A stretch of 61,319 nt of DNA, filler included. It is 7 parts of 7 records of this genome, joined end to end, with 100 filler letters (N's around TTAATTAATTAA, not from the genome) between each part and the next. Parts side by side here need not be neighbours in the genome. Positions count along the whole stretch, not along the records: positions 42,863 to 51,397 come from SRR31147125_30937; positions 51,498 to 61,319 come from SRR31147125_30961; 5 more parts are not named here. One strand, 5' to 3'. The translations under genes were made by a program, and so were the position numbers. Position 1 is the stretch's first letter; every line of letters starts with the position of its first letter. Shown piece by piece: positions 43,251 to 53,895 of the stretch. The notes under the pieces were generated by a model, which ran no database searches, was not told where the DNA came from, and saw nothing but the letters and a program-made list of their open reading frames with translations.

Positions 43251-43982
43251 TTAGTTTTGTAAAGAATCAATTTTTATAGTGTTTAAGTATGCTTCTTCAC
43301 ATGCTTTATAGTTTTTTTCTGAAATAGCATTGTATATTAAAATGTGGGAATCTTCTTCAGTGGTGTATTCTTTTTTTGTCGATTGTTGCTCAGATTTTGC
43401 TTTAATAATTTTATATAAATACTTTCTTATTCCTTCTTTTATTAAGCTAAATACTTCTGGATAAATAGAATTATGGCTCATTATACAAATTTGATAATGA
43501 AAATTTAAATCATATTCAACAAGTGTCTCTAAATCTTCTGCAGTTTGCGTTTCTTGATATTGAATTTTTTGGTTATTATATTTTTCAGCTAAATTTTTTA
43601 AAACTTCAATCTCCTCGGTACTGGCTTTTTCAATTGCTAATCTGCTACTATCTAGTTCAATAAGCTTTCTTAATTCGAAAATATCATCAAATTTCTTTTG
43701 CGAAAGATAAATATCAGAGACTTCGTTAAAATATGTTGATACTGAAAAATTAGTTATATAAGATCCATCACCAATTTTTGTTTCGATAAGTCCAAGTGTT
43801 ATCAGTCTCTGTAAAGCAAGACGAACTGAGAGTCTATTAACGCCAAAAATTTTTGAAAGTTCATTTTCAGAGGGGATTTTTTCTCCAACCTTCCAATTTC
43901 CATCCAAGATATATTGTTTTAAAGTATCAAAAACTTGATTAACAACAGATACTCTTTTTATTTTTAAATCAGTTTCTTTCAT
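43251..43982 (-). CDS. FadR/GntR family transcriptional regulator
   Basis: GEKIPSENELSKIFGVNRLSVRLAL HTH; FCD motif DLNFH...SHN. Confidence 0.93.
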   Translation of the reverse strand: MKETDLKIKRVSVVNQVFDTLKQYILDGNWKVGEKIPSENELSKIFGVNRLSVRLALQRLITLGLIETKIGDGSYITNFSVSTYFNEVSDIYLSQKKFDDIFELRKLIELDSSRLAIEKASTEEIEVLKNLAEKYNNQKIQYQETQTAEDLETLVEYDLNFHYQICIMSHNSIYPEVFSLIKEGIRKYLYKIIKAKSEQQSTKKEYTTEEDSHILIYNAISEKNYKACEEAYLNTIKIDSLQN

Positions 43983-44079
43983 CTTAAACCTCTTTCTTTT
44001 CTTCTCTAATAATACACATCATACTAGCATATTGAATTAAAAATTGCAAATTATGTAATGAATATGAGTTAAGTAAGTA

Positions 44080-44108
44080 TTGACTTTGTAGAATTATAGT
44101 GGTAATAT
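44080..44108 (+). promoter_or_regulatory. Sigma70-type promoter
   Basis: TTGACT-17 nt-TAATAT with extended TG. Confidence 0.65.
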
Positions 44109-44122
44109 CCTGCTTAGCTATG

Positions 44123-44139
44123 TAGCGAACAAGTCGCTA
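44123..44139. promoter_or_regulatory. Putative FadR operator
   Basis: TAGCGA-N5-TCGCTA palindrome just downstream of the -10. Confidence 0.55.
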
Positions 44140-44151
44140 AACAAAATTAAA

Positions 44152-44289
44152 GGAGTAGTAGAAAGGAAAATCAAAGTTTCCGAGATTGGAAACGAGTTAT
44201 TGGAGTTTGTTATGAATCAAGAATTAAAAGTTACAATTGCAGGTGATGGAAATTTTGGTTAACAAGTAATTAGTGCTATTGTTGAGTGA
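44152..44289 (+). pseudogene. Degraded gene remnant, possibly a UxaA-family dehydratase C-terminus
   Basis: GVVERKIKVSEIGNELLEFVMNQELKVTIAGDGNFG*QVISAIVE* with an internal stop and no start at the RBS. Confidence 0.4.
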
Positions 44290-44301
44290 AAGGAGTAGGT
44301 T

Positions 44302-45648
44302 ATGGAAAAAACTATAAAACTTGAAGAGGGGGTACTTGGGTTTGCAGATTTGTGGGCCATAGGAATTGGACAAGTTATTGGAGCAGGAGTAATTACTCTA
44401 ATTGGACCAGCTATCGCCGCAACAGGTGTATCAGCATGGTTAGCATATTTAGTAGCAATTTTATTAGGATTATTAACAAACTTACCAATTATTATGTTTA
44501 CATCAACTACTAAATTTTCAGGGGGAAATTACTCTATCATAACTCTTCTTGGTGGAGAAAAAGTAGGAGGAATGTATATCGTTGGATTCTCACTTATGAT
44601 GTTATTGATGTCTTTATTTATTACTGCGTTGGGGATATATATTCATTCAATTTTTCCATTTACAAATGGGACACTCATAGGAGTAGGATTGTTTACGCTA
44701 TTTTATCTTATCAATTTGCTTGGAATGGCTAATATGGCTAGATTTCAAAAGATTATGACAGTTATTTTAATTGTAGCTTTATTAATGTTTATTTTAATAG
44801 GAGCGACTAAATCAGATTTTAGTCAAGCAATTAATTTTACAGACAAGGGGTTCTTTGCCAACGGATCATCAGGCTTCTGGAAAGCTGTCTTTATGTTATT
44901 ATTTTCATGCCAAGGCTATGTACTGGTAACAAATTATGGAGGACAAGCCAAGCAACCGAAAAAAAACCTGCCAAAAGCAATGTTTGCAGTAATTCCAGTA
45001 ATTATTATTTTATATTGTGGAATATCTTTAGTTGATGTTAGTGTTTTACCACTATCACAAGTATCAGGAAAACCTCTTACATTAGCTGCAAAAACAATTT
45101 TACCAAAGCCCTTGTTTTATCTATTTATTTTTGGTGGTCCTATTATGGCACTTTTGACAACTATAAACTCAATGTATGCAACTATGGTTGGTCCTTTTAC
45201 CAGAGCTGCTAAAGATGGCTGGCTACCATCATGGTTAGCCAAAAAGAATAAATTTGGAGGAGCAACAATTATATTGACAATAGAATTATTAGTCGGTTTG
45301 ATACCAGTGATTCTAGGCTTTTCAATAGGGCAAATAGTTAGAAATATCATGATATTAATTTCATTCTATAACTTTTTGCTATACTACGCTCTGTTTAATG
45401 TACCTAAGAAGATGCCGGAAAAATGGGAAAGAGCAACTCTACATACAAGTAATGGAGTGTATTACTCTATAATTATTGCCGCATCTCTTGTTCAATTAAT
45501 AATATTTTATAATTCAGTAAAAAATATTTCATTAGGAAATGCAATATTTGTAATATCGCTTATGATAATATGTTTTATATACGCAATTATTCGTCATAAC
45601 CAAGGTAAAACAAATATTGATACCGAAGGGATGTTAGAATTAGACTAA
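44302..45648 (+). CDS. APC family amino acid permease
   Basis: GIGQVIGAGV TM1 motif, about 12 TMs, AKDGWLP. Confidence 0.92.
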   Translation: MEKTIKLEEGVLGFADLWAIGIGQVIGAGVITLIGPAIAATGVSAWLAYLVAILLGLLTNLPIIMFTSTTKFSGGNYSIITLLGGEKVGGMYIVGFSLMMLLMSLFITALGIYIHSIFPFTNGTLIGVGLFTLFYLINLLGMANMARFQKIMTVILIVALLMFILIGATKSDFSQAINFTDKGFFANGSSGFWKAVFMLLFSCQGYVLVTNYGGQAKQPKKNLPKAMFAVIPVIIILYCGISLVDVSVLPLSQVSGKPLTLAAKTILPKPLFYLFIFGGPIMALLTTINSMYATMVGPFTRAAKDGWLPSWLAKKNKFGGATIILTIELLVGLIPVILGFSIGQIVRNIMILISFYNFLLYYALFNVPKKMPEKWERATLHTSNGVYYSIIIAASLVQLIIFYNSVKNISLGNAIFVISLMIICFIYAIIRHNQGKTNIDTEGMLELD

Positions 45649-45663
45649 AATGGGTGTAATCGT

Positions 45664-45699
45664 AAAAAAGGCTGTCGAAAAAATTCGACGGTCTTTTTT
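45664..45699 (+). terminator. Intrinsic terminator
   Basis: GGCTGTCGAA/TTCGACGGTC stem plus T-run. Confidence 0.8.
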
Positions 45700-45899
45700 A
45701 TTTTTTAGGGTTGAATTTATTGCTTCTTGAAGTGTAAAATTATTCGAAATAAAACGAAAAATAGCAATGTAAAATAAAAATAATTAATAAAATATAGTAT
45801 TAATCCAAAATTATAATGATTTTAAAATTGTAATATGGTATACTGAAGTGAAAAAATTTTACTGTTTTGCTAAACATTACAAAAGGGAGGAAGATAATA

Positions 45900-47629
45900 T
45901 GAAAGTTTCGATACTAAAAAAGTTTTCATTAATCATTTTAATTGGATTTGTTGTACTGCTGATGGGGATCACTTTTGGTTTTAACAATTCAATGAAAATG
46001 AACAGAGAGTGGGATACCTATATTGGAGAAGGAAAAGAGAGAATAGTCTTGATTTCCCATCTAAAATCAAGTTTTGGTTATGGGGGAGCTATACATCAAT
46101 TTAAAAATTATGTGATAAGAGGTCAGCAGAAACAAATTAATAATTTTAACAAGAAATATGAAGAGTTTATTATTGCAAAAAATGCTTACTTAAATCTAGC
46201 AACAATTAATGAAGATGAAATTGAGAGTTTAAATATCATCGAAACTACTTTTAAGGATTACAAAAATAATTTAGAAAAAGCTATTCAATACAAAAATCAG
46301 GGAAAAACTATATCCGAAATAGACAGTCTAATTAAAATCAATGATTCACTTGCACTTAATGCACTTGCCAAACTTGAATCAGAGGTAGACGTGTTAACGG
46401 ATGAAAAAACTCGCTTAGTTGAAAGAGAAATATTATTCACAAAGGGTTCTTTTGTAATGATTGCATTGATTGTTGTAATTGTAAATCTATTTATCATTTT
46501 TAATGTAATAAGAATGCTCTCTCCACTTAAGAAAGTTATGGAAGGGCTAAAAAATATCTCAGAAGGAAATGGAGACTTAACTTTAAAATTAGACGTAAAA
46601 GGAAACGACGAAATAGCTGAATTAGCTAGTTATTTCAATAAATTTTTAGATAACTTATCTATGATTATTATTGAAATTAGAGATTTAATAACTAATGTAT
46701 CTAGCGAAACAGAAAACTTGTCAGAAATTATGGATAATGTAGTCAAAGGTAGAGAAGCAACAGGAACCAGAGTTATAGATGACGGAATTATACAGCTTGA
46801 AAATCATGTAACAAATGTACTGGATCATATTAGAAATCAAACAGCAAGTACACAGGAATCATTAGCAAGTCTTGAGGAGATATCTGCGTCAGGGGCTACG
46901 ATTAAATCTAGTTCAACACAAACGCTGGAGTCATCAGAAAATGCCGTTAAGATTGGAACAACAACTGTTGAGAGTGTTACTCAAATGGAAACAGAGATGC
47001 ATAAAATATCAAAAAGTGTCGAGAATGCTAATTTGAAAATAGGAGAATTAATTATCCTGTCTAGAAACATAGGAGCTATCCTGACAGCTATTAATAGTAT
47101 AGCAGAACAAACAAACCTATTAGCCTTGAATGCAGCGATAGAAGCAGCAAGAGCAGGCGAAGCAGGTCGTGGATTTGCAGTTGTTGCTGATGAGATCAGA
47201 AAATTAGCAGAACAAACAAATGGTGAAACGAAAAAAATTGAAAAGATCATGGGAAATATTCAGAAAGAGATAACAGCGGTTAAATCTGCCAATGATGAAG
47301 TTGAAGAAAATGTTCATGGAGGAATTCAGCTAACCGAAAATGTAAATGTTCAAATTAAGCAAATAATCGATATTATATTCAAAAATAATGATGATATTAA
47401 AAATATTACAATGCTAACTGAAGAGCAGGCAAATGCCTCTGAAGAGATTACAAGAGCAGTACAGGATATTACAGAGAATTCAACAGAGATAGAAGGAATA
47501 GGGATGGAAACACATGAAATTACTTCTAGTATTACTAAAATTTTAGTGGATAAGCTAAATGAAGTAAAAAAATTAAATCAAATGAGTCATAGCTTAACAG
47601 AAACAGTAAAATCATTTAAAGTTGATTAA
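45900..47629 (+). CDS. Methyl-accepting chemotaxis protein
   Basis: Two TMs, [45 protein letters not shown] at 45900 has a GGAGG RBS. Confidence 0.96.
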
Positions 47630-47636
47630 AAATATA

Positions 47637-47670
47637 AAAATAAGGACTCAGCTATAAGAGTCCTTATTTT
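47637..47670. terminator. Bidirectional terminator
   Basis: AAAATAAGGACTC-N8-GAGTCCTTATTTT. Confidence 0.85.
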
Positions 47671-48733
47671 ATATATACTTAAGTATTATTTTAGTTAAAT
47701 CCGAAATGCTATTTTCCACTTCATTTAATTTTTCTCTATTAATTTCCTGTTTAACTTTTTGTTCCCAATATGAATAATCAAAACATCGCATATCATCTGG
47801 GGAGATTGAAACAGCAAGCTCTCTCTTTTTTAGTTCATTAATCATAAAGGAATCTTCTAAGACACCATCTCTCTCCATAAGAACTAGCGGAGTATGACCT
47901 ACCAACCCTTCAGCTATAGAACCCCATCCAGCCTTCACCAGAGCCATCTGAGACGCTGCAACGTAGTTGTGAGTATCTAAAACCTCTGCTGGAAGCTCAT
48001 AGGTATTTGCAGAGGTTTTTATCTTTATACCTTGAGCGTGGATTATAGTTCCCTCAAAATTATTTACTAGGATTTCTGGAAGGTTAGCAGATTTACCACA
48101 ACTAATAAATAAAATATCACCAAACTGTTTTTTTATCTCTTGGACTCGCTCAGAATTAGTTCTTCTTGTAATAAAACCTGTTGTTGCTTTTTGAGATTTG
48201 ATAAATGAATGGTCAAGAGCCAAGTCATATTCGATATATAAATCAATCCCTTTATATGAATCTTTATATGCGTTTTGTAAGTTTAAATTTAAATCAAGAA
48301 ACTCATATTGATGAAGCCAGGTAAAATTTGATATTTTTATAACTGGAACATTAAGTTCTTTAGCAGTTAATATACCAATAGATGAAATATCGCTTATAAT
48401 TGCTTTGATATCCATCTTTTTAAAAAAAACATATTCTTTTTTGATTGTTTCAGCCCAAGAATCAACAAATAGGTGAAGCTCTTGTTCTAAGAGCTCTTTA
48501 TCCACATCAAGGCTGTTAGTTTTGTTTATTAAACCAATGTCAGTGTTTATATTTCTAAAAAATACTCTATCTGAATATTTTTTTAGATAAAGTTTTGCGA
48601 AGTGGTTTTGCTTATCCGCACAAACCAGATAGATGTTATAGTCAGTTGTGTTTAACATCTCCTCGCATATTGCTAGACATCTAGTTAAGTGTCCAAAACC
48701 ATGACTAGATATATAAAAAACAATGTATTGCAT
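47669..48733 (-). CDS. GT-B fold glycosyltransferase
   Basis: YISSHGFGHLTR, ISNFTW, KAGWGSIAE. Confidence 0.8.
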   Translation of the reverse strand: MQYIVFYISSHGFGHLTRCLAICEEMLNTTDYNIYLVCADKQNHFAKLYLKKYSDRVFFRNINTDIGLINKTNSLDVDKELLEQELHLFVDSWAETIKKEYVFFKKMDIKAIISDISSIGILTAKELNVPVIKISNFTWLHQYEFLDLNLNLQNAYKDSYKGIDLYIEYDLALDHSFIKSQKATTGFITRRTNSERVQEIKKQFGDILFISCGKSANLPEILVNNFEGTIIHAQGIKIKTSANTYELPAEVLDTHNYVAASQMALVKAGWGSIAEGLVGHTPLVLMERDGVLEDSFMINELKKRELAVSISPDDMRCFDYSYWEQKVKQEINREKLNEVENSISDLTKIILKYI

Positions 48734-48749
48734 AAATCCTCCTAAATCT

Positions 48750-49750
48750 TTAATTAAAATGTTTTGAGTGAAACTTTAGAACATTTTCAAGTTCTTTCTC
48801 TACATATTCCCACCTATGGACTTCATTTCTTATTAGCTTTGCCTCGTAATGAAGATTGTATTTATCTAGTCTATAAACTAAGTCTCGCCATTGTTGGAAC
48901 ATTGTATATATAGTATTATCCATTTCACCTACACTTAAGTAGAAGTTAATCTTTTTTAAATCCTCATAGTTATGTTTGATATTTTGGTTTAAAAGGTGAT
49001 ATACGTTTTCTCTATCAACATATTTTAATTTTCTACCGAAAACATCTCTTAACTGCGATACATCATCATTAATTCTTTTAATATGAAGATTTCTTAGAAT
49101 TCCAAAACGCTTTAAAAATGGCATTAGGAGTCTAGGAAAATTAATCGCACCAGCAAAACTTGCAACAGTTTTAAATAGTTTTGGATTTTTTAATGTTAAT
49201 TTATAGGCACCGTACCCTCCCATTGAAAAACCACATATTCCTCTTTTGTTAGAATCAGTGTTAAACCTGGAATCTACATCTCTAATCAGGTCATTTATAA
49301 AATAATCTTCGTATCTTTTGTTAGGTTGTTTTTTCCAGTTAGTGTACCAGCTTCTACCGTCTGAACCAGACTCTGGTAACACCAAAATCATCTCTTCAAT
49401 TTCCTCTTTAGCTAATAATTCTTCATAATTTTCAAGTATTTTAGCGTCCTCAATCCATGACCTTGCAGAATCTCTAAGTCCGTGTAAAAAATAAACACTG
49501 GGATATTTTTTTGTGGCATCATAATTGGGTGGCAAGATGACAAAATAATCCATAACCTCATCTACGAACTTGGATTTTATTGAAAATTTATGCGCTTGAA
49601 TTTGACTATTTCTCTCTTTGAGTTTATAATTATCGTAACTAAGAATCTGTACATTCTTAAATTTCAGAATATTTACTCTTTTTTTCTTTTTTTAGAATAA
49701 ATAAAGGCAATAACTATAAAAATTATAACTAACTCTAAACTAATGGACAT
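48750..49750 (-). CDS. Membrane-anchored alpha/beta-hydrolase esterase (frameshift near 49685)
   Basis: AGGAGG RBS and ATG at 49750 with N-terminal TM; YFLHG, GFSMGG, HRW. Confidence 0.85.
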
Positions 49751-50089
49751 TTTTCCTCCTAAAATTGATTTACATAATATATTGATATTAATTATGCTAA
49801 AATTCTGATAAATTGATACTAAATATTGAGCTTAATTATAGAATGATTATCTTAATTAATTATTAGTATTCGAGTAATAATTAATTAACAATATAAGCAA
49901 TTATACCATGTTTTAAATAAAACTTTACCTTCAAAAGAAAAAATGGTAATATGTTTAATAAAAAATAATCAAGAAATGCCGAAATATATTATATAGGTGT
50001 TTATATTCTATTTGAAAATGAACCAGTTAAATGATATTTGTATAGAATTGTTATATATAATAGTAAATTTCCGGCAAGGAGTGATTTAA

Positions 50090-50326
50090 GTGAAGAAAAT
50101 AATAATGTTAATTTTAATTTTGTTAGCTTTTACAGCATGTAAAAGAACTAGGTATGTATCTATAACAACACCACAAATTAGTACATCAAATTCAAATCAC
50201 TATTTTGTATCAGATGGAACTAAGCAATATCAGGGGAATGAATCTGTCGATGATATAAATGATCACAAATCAAAACAAGATATATTAATTGTAGAAGATG
50301 ATGGAACATATCATTATAATAAGTAA
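50090..50326 (+). CDS. Small lipoprotein
   Basis: MKK start, lipobox AFTAC, AGGAG RBS. Confidence 0.7.
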   Translation: MKKIIMLILILLAFTACKRTRYVSITTPQISTSNSNHYFVSDGTKQYQGNESVDDINDHKSKQDILIVEDDGTYHYNK

Positions 50327-50358
50327 AGGTTATTATACTAAGAGGGGATGAATTATTA

Positions 50359-50703
50359 ATGACGAGTATTATTAACAAAAAAACAGGTCAAATTATTGAA
50401 GTGACAAACAATGAGCTATCTTTACTACTGAAGCACTCTTATTTAAAAGAGGAGAATGGACATTTTTATTTTGATGATGCAAGAAAAAATAAAATTACCC
50501 TATTGTTAAAAGCTGACAAGGCTGACAAAGTGAATCAGGTTTATGCTCTAAGAGAAGTGGCTGAGGAACTTCATGATTTTTACGCAAAAGATTACTTTGA
50601 ATCTAACACGATAAAAGTGAATCATAATTTTTTGAAAGTTAGAAAATTAAAAAATCTTTATAATACTTTAGTTGCTGAAGGTTTTGAAAAAGATAAAAAA
50701 TAG
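50359..50703 (+). CDS. Hypothetical protein
   Basis: 114-aa ORF with GAGGGG RBS, followed by a terminator. Confidence 0.65.
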   Translation: MTSIINKKTGQIIEVTNNELSLLLKHSYLKEENGHFYFDDARKNKITLLLKADKADKVNQVYALREVAEELHDFYAKDYFESNTIKVNHNFLKVRKLKNLYNTLVAEGFEKDKK

Positions 50704-50716
50704 ATTTAAATTTTGT

Positions 50717-50764
50717 ACATATAAAAAAACAGTACGACAATTGTCATACTGTTTTTTTATATGT
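50717..50764. terminator. Bidirectional terminator
   Basis: ACATATAAAAAAACAGTA...TACTGTTTTTTTATATGT inverted repeat between convergent genes. Confidence 0.8.
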
Positions 50765-50775
50765 TTATTAATAGA

Positions 50776-51397
50776 TTATAACTCTTTATCAAGTAAAACA
50801 TTTAGATAATACTTATGAGAATCCTCAATGTGTTGAGAAAGTACTTTCTGGGCTTTTTCAAGTTCACCATCTAAAATATAGTCGATCATCGTAACATGTT
50901 CCTTGTTAGAGTCTACTATTCTTTGGTGTGGCACTTTCTGAACCCCTAATCGCCTTATTCTTCTGTTGTGTTCATAGATATTTTTCATCATCTTTAGTAC
51001 GAGATCGTTGTTTACTGAGCTATGTATATAGCCATGAAAATCAGCATCATATTTCAGAAACTCCTCTTCAGCCATATCCTCGTGGTCATAAAATTTATCC
51101 CTAAAAAGTGAAAGCTTCATGTTAGATAAATTTTTATATGCCATTTTTAAAATTAAGGGATCGAAATTTTTTCTAACTTCAAAAATTTCATCAATTCTCT
51201 TTTCGTCAACATCAGTGACGAAGATACCTTTTCTCGGATAACTAATTATCCAATCTTCTTGCTCAAGTATATTTAGTGCTTCCCTTATTGGAGTTCTACT
51301 AATTCCTAGAAGGTCGCTTAATACTTTTTCCTCTAAATACTCTCCTGGTTCAAATTCAAGCTTAATAATTTTATTTTTGATAATTTCATAAGCTTTT
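50776..51397 (-). CDS. GntR family regulator (5' truncated, frameshifted)
   Basis: Upstream part reads PGEYLEEK...GISRTPIREAL...YPRKGIFV; FCD domain DADFH...EH. Confidence 0.85.
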
Positions 51398-51497
51398 NNN
51401 NNNNNNNNNNNNNNNNNNNNNNNNNNNNNNNNNNNNNNNNNTTAATTAATTAANNNNNNNNNNNNNNNNNNNNNNNNNNNNNNNNNNNNNNNNNNNN
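51398..51497. other. Artificial contig spacer
   Basis: N run with TTAATTAATTAA linker. Confidence 0.99.
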
Positions 51498-51541
51498 AAT
51501 GGTTGCTTTTTGATTCTTTTGTTGAATTTTGAGGTGTTATC

Positions 51542-52657
51542 TTGAAAAGACGAATAATTATTTTATGTTCTGTACCAATCTCAATATTAACTATATGTTT
51601 TATTCTTTACATAACAAGATCCGAGGTTAACTTCCGATTAAGTGAACTAGAAGTTGACTCTATTGTCTTTCAAACAAATCAACCTTTTGAATTCGGTGAT
51701 TTAACAGGACTCAAAAAAATTGATTTATATAATACTAGTTTACAGGTCAGGAATATAGATTTAGCCTTTTCAAATCTGCCCGATGTACCATTACAGCGTT
51801 ATAATCAAATCAATTTCATACCAATAAAAGAAAACTCACAGTTTACCATAAAGTATTCCGAAAGTCAAAAAGATAATAACGAGATGGACTTTGTAATAGA
51901 TAGCAGAAATACTAATTTAAATACTGTAATATCAATTAATAAGAATCATAAAATAGAAACGATTAGTTTAAGCATTTTATCTTCATTTCCTGCGTATGGC
52001 GTTTCACCTCGATCTGAAAAGGTTTATTTAAATGGTAGGATCTCACCGGTTCATGGTGATACTGAAAATCCTGAGGTCTATGATTTATTCATAAAAGATT
52101 ATAAAATAGAATTATTAAATTTAGATAATAAGATAATTAAAAAGTTGTCATCTGCTGATTTCAGACTTGTATTTTCAAAATACTCAGATTTAAAATTTGA
52201 AACCTACCATGGATCGGAAGGTGCCAAAAATTCGATTTTTTTCTACGAGCGAAGCGATGAGAAAAAAGGATGTTCTATTCCATAAAACATTTAATGATAC
52301 AAATGTTCATCTTTCCGATATTAAATTGAATGCAATTAAAAGCCAAAACGATAAATTAACGATTACTTATAAAGCTAGCGATGAGGCGAGTCCCAAAATA
52401 CACTCCAGTGATGCATTAGAAATCAAAGGAAAAAAATCAGACTTGTAAAAGATATAATTTTAAGTAGTGAAAAATTGCTAGTTTCATTAGACGGAGAGAG
52501 TCATTCAATAAAACGAAACAATATTGAACTGATTATAAATAATTTTGAAAGAGTCGACACTTTCTTTTCGGCTATTATCATTTTGATCGCTTATGTTTTA
52601 GATAAGCTAATCACGATATCCGAATTTTTTAAACCAGATAAAAATGGAAAAAATTAG
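51542..52657 (+). CDS. Hypothetical membrane-anchored protein (probably one gene split by frameshifts)
   Basis: Three consecutive ORFs 51542..52285, 52197..52448 and 52475..52657 breaking at A-runs; N- and C-terminal TMs. Confidence 0.5.
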
Positions 52658-52978
52658 CCTTATCGCGATGGGCATCTGATGGAGTCAATTAATAATATAA
52701 GGATCTACTATTCTGAGAATGAACTTTACTTTTTTCCGAATAGATATTTGATCTTTACAATGAATGGTTCAATTGAGGTCTAGTAATTGTTTGGTTTTAG
52801 TTTGTGACCAATATACAAAACATTACTCCAGTTTTAATACTTTACAGATGTATCAATCCCCCCAAATACCCCTTGCATTTCCCCCAAATTTCTTTTAATT
52901 TGACATCCAATTTACAAATTATAGTCTCTGGTAGTAAAGATCATCTAGAGGCGTCTTTAACTTTGTCCACAAGACTTT

Positions 52979-53893
52979 ATGAATAACAATCACCACGGCA
53001 TCATCACCAACATCCAAAAATTCTGTCTGCATGACGGACCCGGGATACGGACCACGGTTTTTCTCAAGGGCTGTCCTTTGACGTGTGTGTGGTGTCATAA
53101 TCCGGAAACGCAGTCGGAAGATGCGGAAATCGTTCAGATTGAGAGCAGATGCATTCATTGCGAGGCATGTTTGGATGTGTGTCCGGAGAGACCAGTAGAC
53201 TATACGGGACAGGTGAAAACCGATTCTACGTTCCAGTGCAAGCTCTGCGGAAAATGTGTCGAGGTTTGTCCTACCGGTGCCAGACAGCTTGTGGGAAAAA
53301 ACATTTCTGTGCAGGATGTGCTTAAACAGGTAAAACGCGATATTATTTTTTACGATGATTCCCACGGTGGTGTGACATTTTCCGGTGGAGAGCCGCTGCA
53401 GCAGATCGATTTTCTAATGGCAATACTGCGGGAATGTCGCAAACATGGCATTCACACGGCTGTGGATACCTGCGGATATGCCCCTGCTAAGGATATGAAA
53501 CAGATGGCGGAATTAACTGATGTGATCCTGTATGATTTGAAAATTATGGATCCGGAAAAACATCTCGAATGGACCGGCGTGTCAAATGCCTCTATTCTTG
53601 AAAATCTTGAGCTTTTGACCCGGTTTCATCATAATATCTGGATTCGCATTCCCGTTATTCCGGGTTTCAATGACAGTTTGGTAGAAATGGAGTCCTTGGC
53701 GTCTTTTGTGGCATCCTGTCCTGGTGTTAACCAGATCCATCTTTTACCTTATCATAAACTGGATTTGCAGAAACTCAAGCGTCTTGGCCGGTCTTCTCGT
53801 ATGCAGAATGTGGAAGAACCGGACAAAGAAAAAATGTTATTATATAAAAAACAATTCCTTGCAAAAGGATTGACCGTATTTATCGGAGGATAA
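52979..53893 (+). CDS. Glycyl-radical enzyme activating protein (radical SAM with ferredoxin insert)
   Basis: HDGPGIRTTVFLKGCPLTCVWCHNPE; CIHCEACLDVCP and CKLCGKCVEVCP; GGVTFSGGEP. Confidence 0.96.
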   Translation: MNNNHHGIITNIQKFCLHDGPGIRTTVFLKGCPLTCVWCHNPETQSEDAEIVQIESRCIHCEACLDVCPERPVDYTGQVKTDSTFQCKLCGKCVEVCPTGARQLVGKNISVQDVLKQVKRDIIFYDDSHGGVTFSGGEPLQQIDFLMAILRECRKHGIHTAVDTCGYAPAKDMKQMAELTDVILYDLKIMDPEKHLEWTGVSNASILENLELLTRFHHNIWIRIPVIPGFNDSLVEMESLASFVASCPGVNQIHLLPYHKLDLQKLKRLGRSSRMQNVEEPDKEKMLLYKKQFLAKGLTVFIGG

Positions 53894-53895
53894 CA

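Noticed and set aside
6327-51497. Six recurring TTAATTAATTAA motifs inside N runs
   Set aside because: Artificial contig linkers with stops in all frames; not a biological repeat or CRISPR array
52963-52972. TTGTCCACAA as a DnaA box or GntR operator upstream of the activase
   Set aside because: A single short match with no cluster and no nearby regulator; could be chance
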